From an uncultured archaeon (lineage in GTDB: Archaea; Asgardarchaeota; Lokiarchaeia; Sigyniarchaeales; SOKP01): DNA of 64,000 nucleotides. How positions within the stretch are numbered: the first letter of the stretch is position 1; the number at the start of each line of letters is the position of its first letter. The position numbers and the translations under genes are program-made. Shown here one piece after another: positions 56,781 to 64,000 of this stretch. The stretch lies in contig CAZDTP010000003.1 in assembly GCA_964508365.1 (NCBI GenBank), forward strand, positions 34,589-98,588, written 5' to 3'. The notes under the pieces are model-generated. The model was given only the letters and a program-made list of their open reading frames with translations, did no database searches and was not told the DNA's origin.

Positions 56781-57779
56781 TTATTCTGTTAGTAACTCAC
56801 ACATACCTATGAGTTTGTATTTAGTTCTTTGCTTTTTCCCAAAGAATTTTAAAATCCAATACGCATCAGGGCAATAGGTGGTGATATAGGTATCGTTATC
56901 TGCAATTTCTGAATTATAATATTCATTATCCTTAAACTCTTTCATTCTCTTAGTCGCAATCATTTCAGAGATATCTGTTCGTAATTGATGACCAACGCCT
57001 CCTCCACAACAATTATGTGGGATAAGTAGAACATGATATCCACTAGCTTCGTATAACTGTTTTAACTCTTTTTCTATACTTGGAAATACGACATATTTTA
57101 AAGGACAAGCGTGTTGAATTATTAGATTTCCTTTATTTTTTCTTACTCGTGGTGTTAAATATTCCGTAAAATATTCTATTTTAATATCTAAATCTTGGTA
57201 GTGTTTTTTTAATACCATGTAACAACTTGGACAGACAGTTATGATTTTTTCAAATCCTTTTTCTATAAAAAGTTTTTTATTTCTCTCAATTAGAAGATCG
57301 TAAGTATCTAATTCTCCAGTACATAAAATTGGATAACCACAGCATATTTCCTTTTCTAAGACATTAAAGTCTACATTTTTACTAAGCAAATATTTTGCGA
57401 TGCTTAAGCCATATTTTGGAGTTTTAACGGTAGTAAAACAACCAAAATATAAAAGAGTCTTACTTTTTACATTAATACCTTCTATACTCTTAATGCGACT
57501 CTTATTTAACTTAAATGGCGTTCCGAGTTTTTTAAGAGCTTCAATTTGTTCGTTTAGACCTTCAATTTTATTTCCATCCCGTAAGAATTTTTGCTTTAAT
57601 AGAAAACGCTCGTTGTGTGTACCACAAGCTCCACAATGAACGCAATTATATAACCTAAGATAGTCTCCTTGATTGAACTTATAATCATCCTTAGTTTCTA
57701 ATAATTTTATTACTTCTTCGTTTGTAACGAAATTATCTGGATCGACATCCCTACAAGGACAATTATAATCTTCGTTCAT
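56781..57779 (-). CDS. Fe-S protein with two CCG domains (HdrB/GlpC-like), copy 2
   Basis: CVHCGAC; YFGC, CCGYP, CPSC; HACP, CCGGG, YCP. Confidence 0.85.
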   Translation of the reverse strand: MNEDYNCPCRDVDPDNFVTNEEVIKLLETKDDYKFNQGDYLRLYNCVHCGACGTHNERFLLKQKFLRDGNKIEGLNEQIEALKKLGTPFKLNKSRIKSIEGINVKSKTLLYFGCFTTVKTPKYGLSIAKYLLSKNVDFNVLEKEICCGYPILCTGELDTYDLLIERNKKLFIEKGFEKIITVCPSCYMVLKKHYQDLDIKIEYFTEYLTPRVRKNKGNLIIQHACPLKYVVFPSIEKELKQLYEASGYHVLLIPHNCCGGGVGHQLRTDISEMIATKRMKEFKDNEYYNSEIADNDTYITTYCPDAYWILKFFGKKQRTKYKLIGMCELLTE

Positions 57780-57788
57780 TTTACAATT

Positions 57789-58781
57789 TTATATCAGTAA
57801 TTCAAATATATCCTTAGCTTTTGGATTTATTTTGCATAATTTGCTATACCTTTTTAAAATCCACCAACAACTCGGACAGTATGTCGTCGAATAATCACCT
57901 CCAGCTGTATCGAAATCGCTCATTCGTTTATTTGCAACTTTATCGATCACATCAGTTCGATGCATATAACCAAGACCACCACCGCAACACCAATGAGGTA
58001 TATCTATGACTTCATATCCACTTTTTTCTAAAATGTTATTTACCAGTTTATCAACCCCCTTCTTGCCACGGTTCATTAGTTGGCAAAGATGTTGCACTCC
58101 TACCTTTCCCGATTTTTTTATATCAGAGGGCTTCAAATAATCAGATATATATTTAAATTCAGTATTCGATTTCATTGAAGGTTTATAATATTTATTAAAA
58201 AGAAAATAGCACGCAGGGCATAAACAGATTATTTTCTTATATTTATTAAAAATTTCAATATTTTCATTCGTACATATTTCAAATTCTTCAGTACAACCGG
58301 ACGCAAACCAAGGCCAACCACAACATATTTCCTTATCAAGGATTGTAAAATCGTTTTTATGTTTAAGTAAATATTCAAGTGAATGTTCTGTGTATCTTGG
58401 GATCCGAATTGTAGAAAGACAACCCATAAAAAATAGCGTGTCAGATTCAGCAGGAATTCCTTCAGGTCTTCTAATTCGCATCTTATTCGAAGGATAGGGG
58501 CTGCGATATTTACGGAAACATTCTATCATGTCATCAAGACCTTCAACGACATTACCATCATCAAGAAATTTTCGCTTTAAGAGTATGCGTTCCTCTTCTG
58601 TTTCGCATTCACCACAATGTACGCAATTGTAAAGCTCATAATAGTCATCTTGTTTAAATTTAATTTTATTCTGGTTTTTGATTAAATTTCTGATATCATC
58701 ATCGCTTAAATAGTTTCCTGGGTCAACTTCGTCAGTAGGAAAATTTTTTCTACCTTTAATTCTTTCCCTCAAGGTATTCAC
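57789..58781 (-). CDS. Fe-S protein with two CCG domains (HdrB/GlpC-like), copy 1
   Basis: CVHCGEC; FMGC, CCGWP, CPAC; HLC, CCGGG, YCPSC. Confidence 0.85.
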   Translation of the reverse strand: MNTLRERIKGRKNFPTDEVDPGNYLSDDDIRNLIKNQNKIKFKQDDYYELYNCVHCGECETEEERILLKRKFLDDGNVVEGLDDMIECFRKYRSPYPSNKMRIRRPEGIPAESDTLFFMGCLSTIRIPRYTEHSLEYLLKHKNDFTILDKEICCGWPWFASGCTEEFEICTNENIEIFNKYKKIICLCPACYFLFNKYYKPSMKSNTEFKYISDYLKPSDIKKSGKVGVQHLCQLMNRGKKGVDKLVNNILEKSGYEVIDIPHWCCGGGLGYMHRTDVIDKVANKRMSDFDTAGGDYSTTYCPSCWWILKRYSKLCKINPKAKDIFELLI

Positions 58782-58973
58782 CTAAGGTTTGAAATTGAGA
58801 ATCTTTATTAAAAATTTGGTTTAAAAATTAAATACTATTACATAAATGAAATTTATTCAGATTTTAAAGACTATTCCAAATTCATAATGAATTTTTTATA
58901 CAAAAACTAATTCAAAATCTTAAATAATTCAAATATATTAAAAAAAAAGCCATTGAAATCAAAAGTTATTTCT

Positions 58974-59129
58974 TTATTCTTTTTTTAGTTTAACGCCTGT
59001 TCTCTGAATTCCTACCTCTTTATTTGTAGGAATGGGACTACCACATTGATCTTTTTTCGCCTCGTTCGACTTAAAAGCTTTTTCTAATTCTTCTTCTATC
59101 TCTTCGTCTGTTAATTCTTTATTTGGCAT
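58974..59129 (-). CDS. Small hypothetical protein (51 aa)
   Basis: MPNKELTDEEIEEELEKAFKSNEAKKDQCGSPIPTNKEVGIQRTGVKLKKE; same strand as its neighbours. Confidence 0.45.
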   Translation of the reverse strand: MPNKELTDEEIEEELEKAFKSNEAKKDQCGSPIPTNKEVGIQRTGVKLKKE

Positions 59130-59239
59130 ATATTATTATGAGAATTCGGAATATTTAAGGCTTTTATTTATAAAAAATTGATTTGTAAAACAAGAAAAAT
59201 AGGATTTAATGCTGATAAAGAAGATTAAGTCTAAACTAA

Positions 59240-59611
59240 TTATAACTGTTTGTTAAAGTAATCCAAAACTGCGTTCTCCTTTTCTATAGGTCTTCTCTCT
59301 GGTATATTTACGTAATTAGCTTTAAATTTATCATAAAAATCTAATCGTAAGTACAAATTGCAATAGCAGGCTCCAAATTCCTTTACATCATCGGAAGCAT
59401 AATCACAAGGACAAATTAAATCTCTATCTAAATCTCTTTTTCCTGAAGCAAGACGACACGGACAGGATTGATATCCGTACGATTTTTTATTATCTACTAA
59501 CCCATTAATTAAATCATTAAATGTACTTTGGTCTTTGTTAAGAATCCAACTGTTTTTCTGGCTAACCATTCCTACATATTCTTTCATTCCTTCGGTTGTT
59601 TCCATGTCCAT
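59240..59611 (-). CDS. Ferredoxin:thioredoxin reductase catalytic-subunit homolog
   Basis: YGYQSCPCR, ICPC, GACYCNLY. Confidence 0.92.
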   Translation of the reverse strand: MDMETTEGMKEYVGMVSQKNSWILNKDQSTFNDLINGLVDNKKSYGYQSCPCRLASGKRDLDRDLICPCDYASDDVKEFGACYCNLYLRLDFYDKFKANYVNIPERRPIEKENAVLDYFNKQL

Positions 59612-59612
59612 A

Positions 59613-59939
59613 TTAATTTCCTCCTTGATTTATTAATTTTTCATATTTAGTTGGATCGTAACCAACAACAAACTTGTCATCGCACACAACAAATGGATAG
59701 GATATTCTTTCTGGCTTGTAGTTTTCTCTCAAATATGCTAGCACTTTTGATTTTTCGCTTGGATCAATTTTATCAATATCTACATAACGATATTTAATAT
59801 TTTTGTCGTTCAAATATTGTTTACACTTCTTACACCATCCGCAGGTAGATAGGGTGAAAATCGTCCATTCATGGGAGTCATTTTCACCATCAACACTTTG
59901 AGCTAATTTCTCAATAAATTCTGGGAACATATCATTCAC
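59613..59939 (-). CDS. Glutaredoxin (NrdH-like)
   Basis: LSTCGWCKK, SYPFVV, VVGYD; likely ATG at 59930. Confidence 0.9.
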   Translation of the reverse strand: MNDMFPEFIEKLAQSVDGENDSHEWTIFTLSTCGWCKKCKQYLNDKNIKYRYVDIDKIDPSEKSKVLAYLRENYKPERISYPFVVCDDKFVVGYDPTKYEKLINQGGN

Positions 59940-59977
59940 TCTTTATTTTAATAATTATTAGTTTAAGATTATTATTA

Positions 59978-60454
59978 TTAGATTTTACTATTTCCTGTGA
60001 GGTTTTTCTTCCAGTTGGGATCTATACATTCTAAAGCCTCTTCTGTAAGTTTTTTTATATCACCCTCACAGAATTCCAAAAGTAGGCCCAAATGTTCTAA
60101 CGCTCTCTTATCTCCAATTTTCATTAAGCTTTCAACAATCAAAAATAGTAGACTCTTATCTTGCTCGATATCTTGTTTATCAAGCTCTTTTTTTAATATT
60201 TCCACGATCGCCATAGTTGCTTTTGCATCTTTAATTTCGCCCATAGCTTCAATTATTCGATTTATAACAATGGAATCTTCTTCAGACTTTAAAGCTTTTA
60301 TTAATAAGTTTGAAGCTCTACTATCCTTTAAATGCCCGATTTGTCTTGCAGCAGAAGCTCGGACCAATATCTCTCCATTAAATAAATTTTTCATGGCGAG
60401 ATTGTATTCCATATCTCGAGAATTAGAATTCATTAAGTTAGTAAAATAGGACAA
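59978..60454 (-). CDS. HEAT-repeat protein
   Basis: VRASAARQIG, IIEAMGEIKD, VESLMKIGD. Confidence 0.85.
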   Translation of the reverse strand: MSYFTNLMNSNSRDMEYNLAMKNLFNGEILVRASAARQIGHLKDSRASNLLIKALKSEEDSIVINRIIEAMGEIKDAKATMAIVEILKKELDKQDIEQDKSLLFLIVESLMKIGDKRALEHLGLLLEFCEGDIKKLTEEALECIDPNWKKNLTGNSKI

Positions 60455-60600
60455 ACTTTAAAACTTGTTTTTTATAAATTATTAAATCTAAGCCTAATAT
60501 TGGTTAATTTATTTGAAATCTAAATTAAAAAACATTTGATATAAAACTTATAATGTCTTAAATATATTTTAGGTAAAAATATTTATCATCGAGTGCAAAC

Positions 60601-61644
60601 ATGGCTAATGAAGTCATCCTCTGTTTAAGTTATTTCGACACAATTTTCGGACCTAACACCTTATATTGCAGTTCCCCTTTGATTCCTGAGGAACATCCAG
60701 ATTTAGGAAGAATTTTGGAATTCACAGAGGAAGAGGGTAATTTTATCTTTACGTTTAGGAAATATCAGACGATTAATCATATTTTTTACGTCAAGTCAGA
60801 GTATGCTCGTGGTGGTAAAGAACTCTTAATGATAACCTATATGATCAAAGCTGCCTATTTTAAGGAAGAAATAACAGATGTTTACGAATTTTTATTATCT
60901 AAAACATCTGATCTTGAATCTTACGCTTTAGAACTAAAAGAACTTCAGGAAATTACTGAATTACTTCACACTCATAAAAATCGTACTAATCAAAAAAAAA
61001 TTCTTGATGTCGCATCTAAAGAATTTAAAGAAAAATTCCTTACCCTATTCCAAAAATATTTAGAAAAAATGATGCCTCGAATAGATATTAATGCACCCTT
61101 ACTAGATAAGGGAAATTTGAAGAAGATTTATGTTTTTGGACCAACAAACGCAGGAAAATCCACACTAGTACAAAATTTAGAAGTAATTCAATTTCTCCAA
61201 TATAAGAACAATGAAATGAAACGAGATTTGGCAAGTAAGATCTATGATTTTATAATTGATAGTATCGAAGTATTAACTTTTGAGTGTATTGATGAAAATA
61301 CAGATACGGAAAAAATTGAGATTTATAAAGACTGTATCGATAATGCTCAAGGCTTTATTTTAATCTTTAACGCATCTAATATAGAGTTTTTGAAAGAAGC
61401 TATCGAGATGTTCCAATTAGTTATAGCCCGGTGCTTAGATCAAGGAGATTCTATGCCTATTCTGATTATTGGCAATAAATTTCAAAACAAAGAGGAAATC
61501 AGATCGGATATGATTTTTGAGAATTTCGATATGGATGAATTAAATGAATGTGGATTACTCCCCCACTATTTCTCGATTAATATACTTAGTGAAGATGATA
61601 AAATTATCAATGCTTTGCGCTGGTTCTTAACACAAATTATATAA
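60601..61644 (+). CDS. Longin/uDENN-like domain fused to a small-GTPase domain
   Basis: N-terminal LSYFDTIFGP...ARGGKELLMI; GPTNAGKS, GFILIFNAS, IIGNKF. Confidence 0.78.
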   Translation: MANEVILCLSYFDTIFGPNTLYCSSPLIPEEHPDLGRILEFTEEEGNFIFTFRKYQTINHIFYVKSEYARGGKELLMITYMIKAAYFKEEITDVYEFLLSKTSDLESYALELKELQEITELLHTHKNRTNQKKILDVASKEFKEKFLTLFQKYLEKMMPRIDINAPLLDKGNLKKIYVFGPTNAGKSTLVQNLEVIQFLQYKNNEMKRDLASKIYDFIIDSIEVLTFECIDENTDTEKIEIYKDCIDNAQGFILIFNASNIEFLKEAIEMFQLVIARCLDQGDSMPILIIGNKFQNKEEIRSDMIFENFDMDELNECGLLPHYFSINILSEDDKIINALRWFLTQII

Positions 61645-61709
61645 ATTTTCTTTCACTGAAGCTAAATGCTATAGAAGAGCTATAAGTACCCGATAATCTA
61701 ATTACATTT

Positions 61710-62156
61710 CTAATTATAAGGAGACTTCCACTTTCTGAAGTAAAGATCGTATTTCTTTAACAAATCCTTAGGATCCAATTGCTGTTCTTCTTGGATTGCT
61801 TTCAGTGCTTCAAGAACGATTTCAGTCTGCAAAAGTTGAAATTCTTGGCTCTTTAAATCACTGGTAGTAAGATACCGATTTCCTATTTCATTTGCTTTTA
61901 GGCTATCCATAGTGTTTATATTATAAATATCCATGAAATATCCAATTACAAATGCTCCAAGCAGTAGCACCGGAAATATAAATATTAACATCCAAAAGCT
62001 AATCTCAAAAGCTAAAGATATTAATGATATAGCGCTAACGGTAGATACCGCAATTGCATAATAGGATTGGCCCAACTTAAGCCGGGACAACTGCCTTCCA
62101 ATAAAATGTGCGCTCTTCACTCGTTTTACTATATTTGATTTTTTCAGTCTTAACAT
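61710..62156 (-). CDS. Hypothetical membrane protein (2 TM)
   Basis: Hydrophobic segment aa ~30-75. Confidence 0.65.
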   Translation of the reverse strand: MLRLKKSNIVKRVKSAHFIGRQLSRLKLGQSYYAIAVSTVSAISLISLAFEISFWMLIFIFPVLLLGAFVIGYFMDIYNINTMDSLKANEIGNRYLTTSDLKSQEFQLLQTEIVLEALKAIQEEQQLDPKDLLKKYDLYFRKWKSPYN

Positions 62157-62332
62157 TTTATTATGTACGAAAATATTATATTGATTTTTTTCAACTACTA
62201 AAATTTGAAAAATACTGTATTATTTATAAAAAAACTTCAGAAAATTACGATTTATTATTATATCTTGAATTCATCGTTTTATGAATTAGAAGCTAAATCT
62301 TTTTTATTGAATATTGCTATTTTATAATTACT

Positions 62333-62629
62333 ATGAGTAAAATGCAAGTACCTATCATTATTACAAAAACTGACTGCCACCGCTGTCATGAACTTAAGGT
62401 GTGGCTTGATGAACGAGAAGTTAATTATATAGAGAAAGACATTGACGATGAAGAATTAGTTCCTAAGTTATTGCTCGACAATAACTTTCTAAAAAATTTC
62501 TGTGACGCAGACGGATGTGTTGTAAATACGCCAGTTGTAATAATGGATGGAAAATATTGGTTTAAAGAGCTCTGGGGCATCTCAGGACTCAGAGAAAAAG
62601 CTGCTATGAAATTATTTGGCGTTAAATAA
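62333..62629 (+). CDS. Glutaredoxin-like protein
   Basis: TDCHRC, TPVVIMDG. Confidence 0.8.
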   Translation: MSKMQVPIIITKTDCHRCHELKVWLDEREVNYIEKDIDDEELVPKLLLDNNFLKNFCDADGCVVNTPVVIMDGKYWFKELWGISGLREKAAMKLFGVK

Positions 62630-62660
62630 AATTTATTTAGTGAATATTTAATTTTTTTAT

Positions 62661-63260
62661 TTATTTTTTAAATTCTGCAAGTCTTTTTATAACTTTTCTA
62701 ATTGCTCTTAATCCTTCTTCATCCTTTTGAACCCCTTCCTTACCTTTATCCCCGCTCCATAAGGAAGCACCCAGATTCGCCCCAAACGCTCCACCTGAGA
62801 CGGAAATAACATGGTTTTGCTGGTAGAAATCTAAAATACTTCTTATTGCAATTTCTTGACCACCATTTCTATCTCCTCCTACCGCAAGAGCGATTCCATA
62901 TTTATCTTTAAATACATTAGGATTTTTAGCAACTAATCCACGACAGCGATCAAGTACTGTTTTAAGCTGTCCTGACATAGTTCCTTGAAAAACCGGCGTT
63001 CCTAAAAGTAAAAATTTCGATTCTTCTAATTTAGGGTAAAGCTCTGAAACATCATCGTCGTTAATGCATCCTTTTTTCTCTCTGATACAATAGTCGCAGT
63101 GAGTACAAAACTCTATTTTTTTGCCTTTTACCGTCCAGTATTCAATTTCAAAGCTAAATTTCTTGGCTGCGTAATTTAAAGCGTATTGCACAGCAAAATC
63201 AGTTCCTTGTTTTCTGGGGCTTCCACAAATGCCTAATAGTAAATTCTTGTTTTCCACCAT
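62661..63260 (-). CDS. Iron-sulfur flavoprotein / flavodoxin-like FMN reductase
   Basis: GSPRK, CTHCDYC...C, GTPVF, GGDRNGGQE. Confidence 0.9.
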   Translation of the reverse strand: MVENKNLLLGICGSPRKQGTDFAVQYALNYAAKKFSFEIEYWTVKGKKIEFCTHCDYCIREKKGCINDDDVSELYPKLEESKFLLLGTPVFQGTMSGQLKTVLDRCRGLVAKNPNVFKDKYGIALAVGGDRNGGQEIAIRSILDFYQQNHVISVSGGAFGANLGASLWSGDKGKEGVQKDEEGLRAIRKVIKRLAEFKK

Positions 63261-63350
63261 AATAATAATAGTATATAATTCTATCTTTAATTATTACTAT
63301 CCATTTTTAATCTAAAAAATGTTTTAAATTCTTTATTACTACAAATTACG

Positions 63351-64000
63351 ATGGAATCAACCAAATCGAGTTTAGCAAGAATTAGAATTAAATTCCCAGA
63401 CCAGTTGTGGATATCTGAGATTTTCAAAAATTTTCGAGATATCCGAATGGAAATTGAATACTTTCTTCCCTACGATTTTGAAAACTCAATAGGTAATTCT
63501 ATAATTGAAATTTTTCACCACAATATCGATTTAATAATTGAGGAAGTTAAAAATCATAAATCTGTCATTGATATCAGTATTCTAGAAAAGGATGAAAACC
63601 GAGTTAAATTCAACGTCAAAACTAAGGATCCCTTTCTTTTGTACGCGATAATTAAATGTGGCGTTTTAGTGAATTTTCCTGTGCGGGTTAGAGATGGTTA
63701 TGCGTTTTGGAGGTTAGTTTCAAATAGGGAGAGTATAGACAACCTTTTAACGCTATTTGATCAGAATGGTATCGATTATTCACTTCTCAGAATTGGAAAT
63801 TCTCCCTACAGTATTGACGACGACAAAAATAAGCTAACCTTAGATGAATCTACTATATTGAATAAAGCCATATCCTTAGGCTTTTTTGAAATTCCAAGAA
63901 ATATCTCTTTAGAACAATTAGCAAACGAGTTAGGAAAATCAAAATCTGCTTTATCTGTTACTCTAAGAAAAATAATAAAAAAAAAAGTCATGTTCGAGAT
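63351..64000 (+). CDS. Partial bacterio-opsin-activator-type HTH regulator running off the right edge
   Basis: ATG 63351 with open frame to the end; LNKAISLGFFEIPRNISLEQLANELGKSKSALSVTLRK; absent from the ORF track. Confidence 0.88.
   Translation, partial: MESTKSSLARIRIKFPDQLWISEIFKNFRDIRMEIEYFLPYDFENSIGNSIIEIFHHNIDLIIEEVKNHKSVIDISILEKDENRVKFNVKTKDPFLLYAIIKCGVLVNFPVRVRDGYAFWRLVSNRESIDNLLTLFDQNGIDYSLLRIGNSPYSIDDDKNKLTLDESTILNKAISLGFFEIPRNISLEQLANELGKSKSALSVTLRKIIKKKVMFE

Noticed and set aside
56590-56877. 95-aa plus-strand ORF
   Set aside because: AT-rich intergenic read-through overlapping a CCG gene on the opposite strand
5507-63991. Many short ORF-track entries antisense to or nested in long genes (e.g. 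5507-5704, 8294-8542, 9948-10271, 15880-16329, 27656-27985, 32739-33597, 41289-43208, 45502-45855, 59997-60449, 63806-63991)
   Set aside because: They are shadow frames of well-supported genes and carry no recognisable motifs
1-64000. CRISPR arrays, tRNA/rRNA genes, IS elements, integrases
   Set aside because: No regularly spaced repeats, cloverleaf or GC-rich structural RNA, transposase motifs or terminal inverted repeats seen by eye; a covariance-model scan would be needed to exclude small RNAs

Overview
AT-rich, gene-dense archaeal window, most consistent with an Asgard archaeon (Lokiarchaeia-like). Evidence: eukaryote-like ubiquitin genes, longin-GTPase and Rab-like proteins, archaeal-type AlaRS and D-aminoacyl-tRNA deacylase, and GGTGA Shine-Dalgarno motifs. 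I found no rRNA, tRNA, CRISPR array or IS element. Blocks from left to right: (1) a truncated YkgJ-like gene joined to a DEAD-box helicase C-terminal fragment; (2) an AsnB homolog lacking the catalytic Cys and an unannotated small wHTH gene, divergent from a single-chain glutamate-mutase-like B12 enzyme plus an opine dehydrogenase; (3) feoAB and a methyltransferase/D-Ala-D-Ala-ligase fusion; (4) a pterin, flavin and F420 cofactor region (mptG, mptD, DUF447, DUF1464, DHPS-like, cofH, cofG, pyrimidine reductase, amidohydrolase, folE); (5) a ubiquitin-like conjugation locus; (6) TPR, EndoQ-like, ftsZ, alaS, dtdA, a degenerate Rab-like GTPase and an Lrp pair; (7) a thiol/Fe-S redox island with a Rieske oxygenase, followed by a longin-GTPase fusion. 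The strongest candidate for an undescribed system is block 5. It encodes Ubl, E1, E2, a JAB protease and a roughly 6-TM RING-like E3, plus a second Ubl, a membrane-anchored Ubl and a long coiled coil. Both soluble Ubls end in ...AG plus a short propeptide rather than GG, and their N-terminal tails share a KTP motif with both ends of the coiled-coil protein. Block 2 is the second candidate. Several genes appear to start at ATT. All family calls come from motif recognition by eye; no database searches were run.
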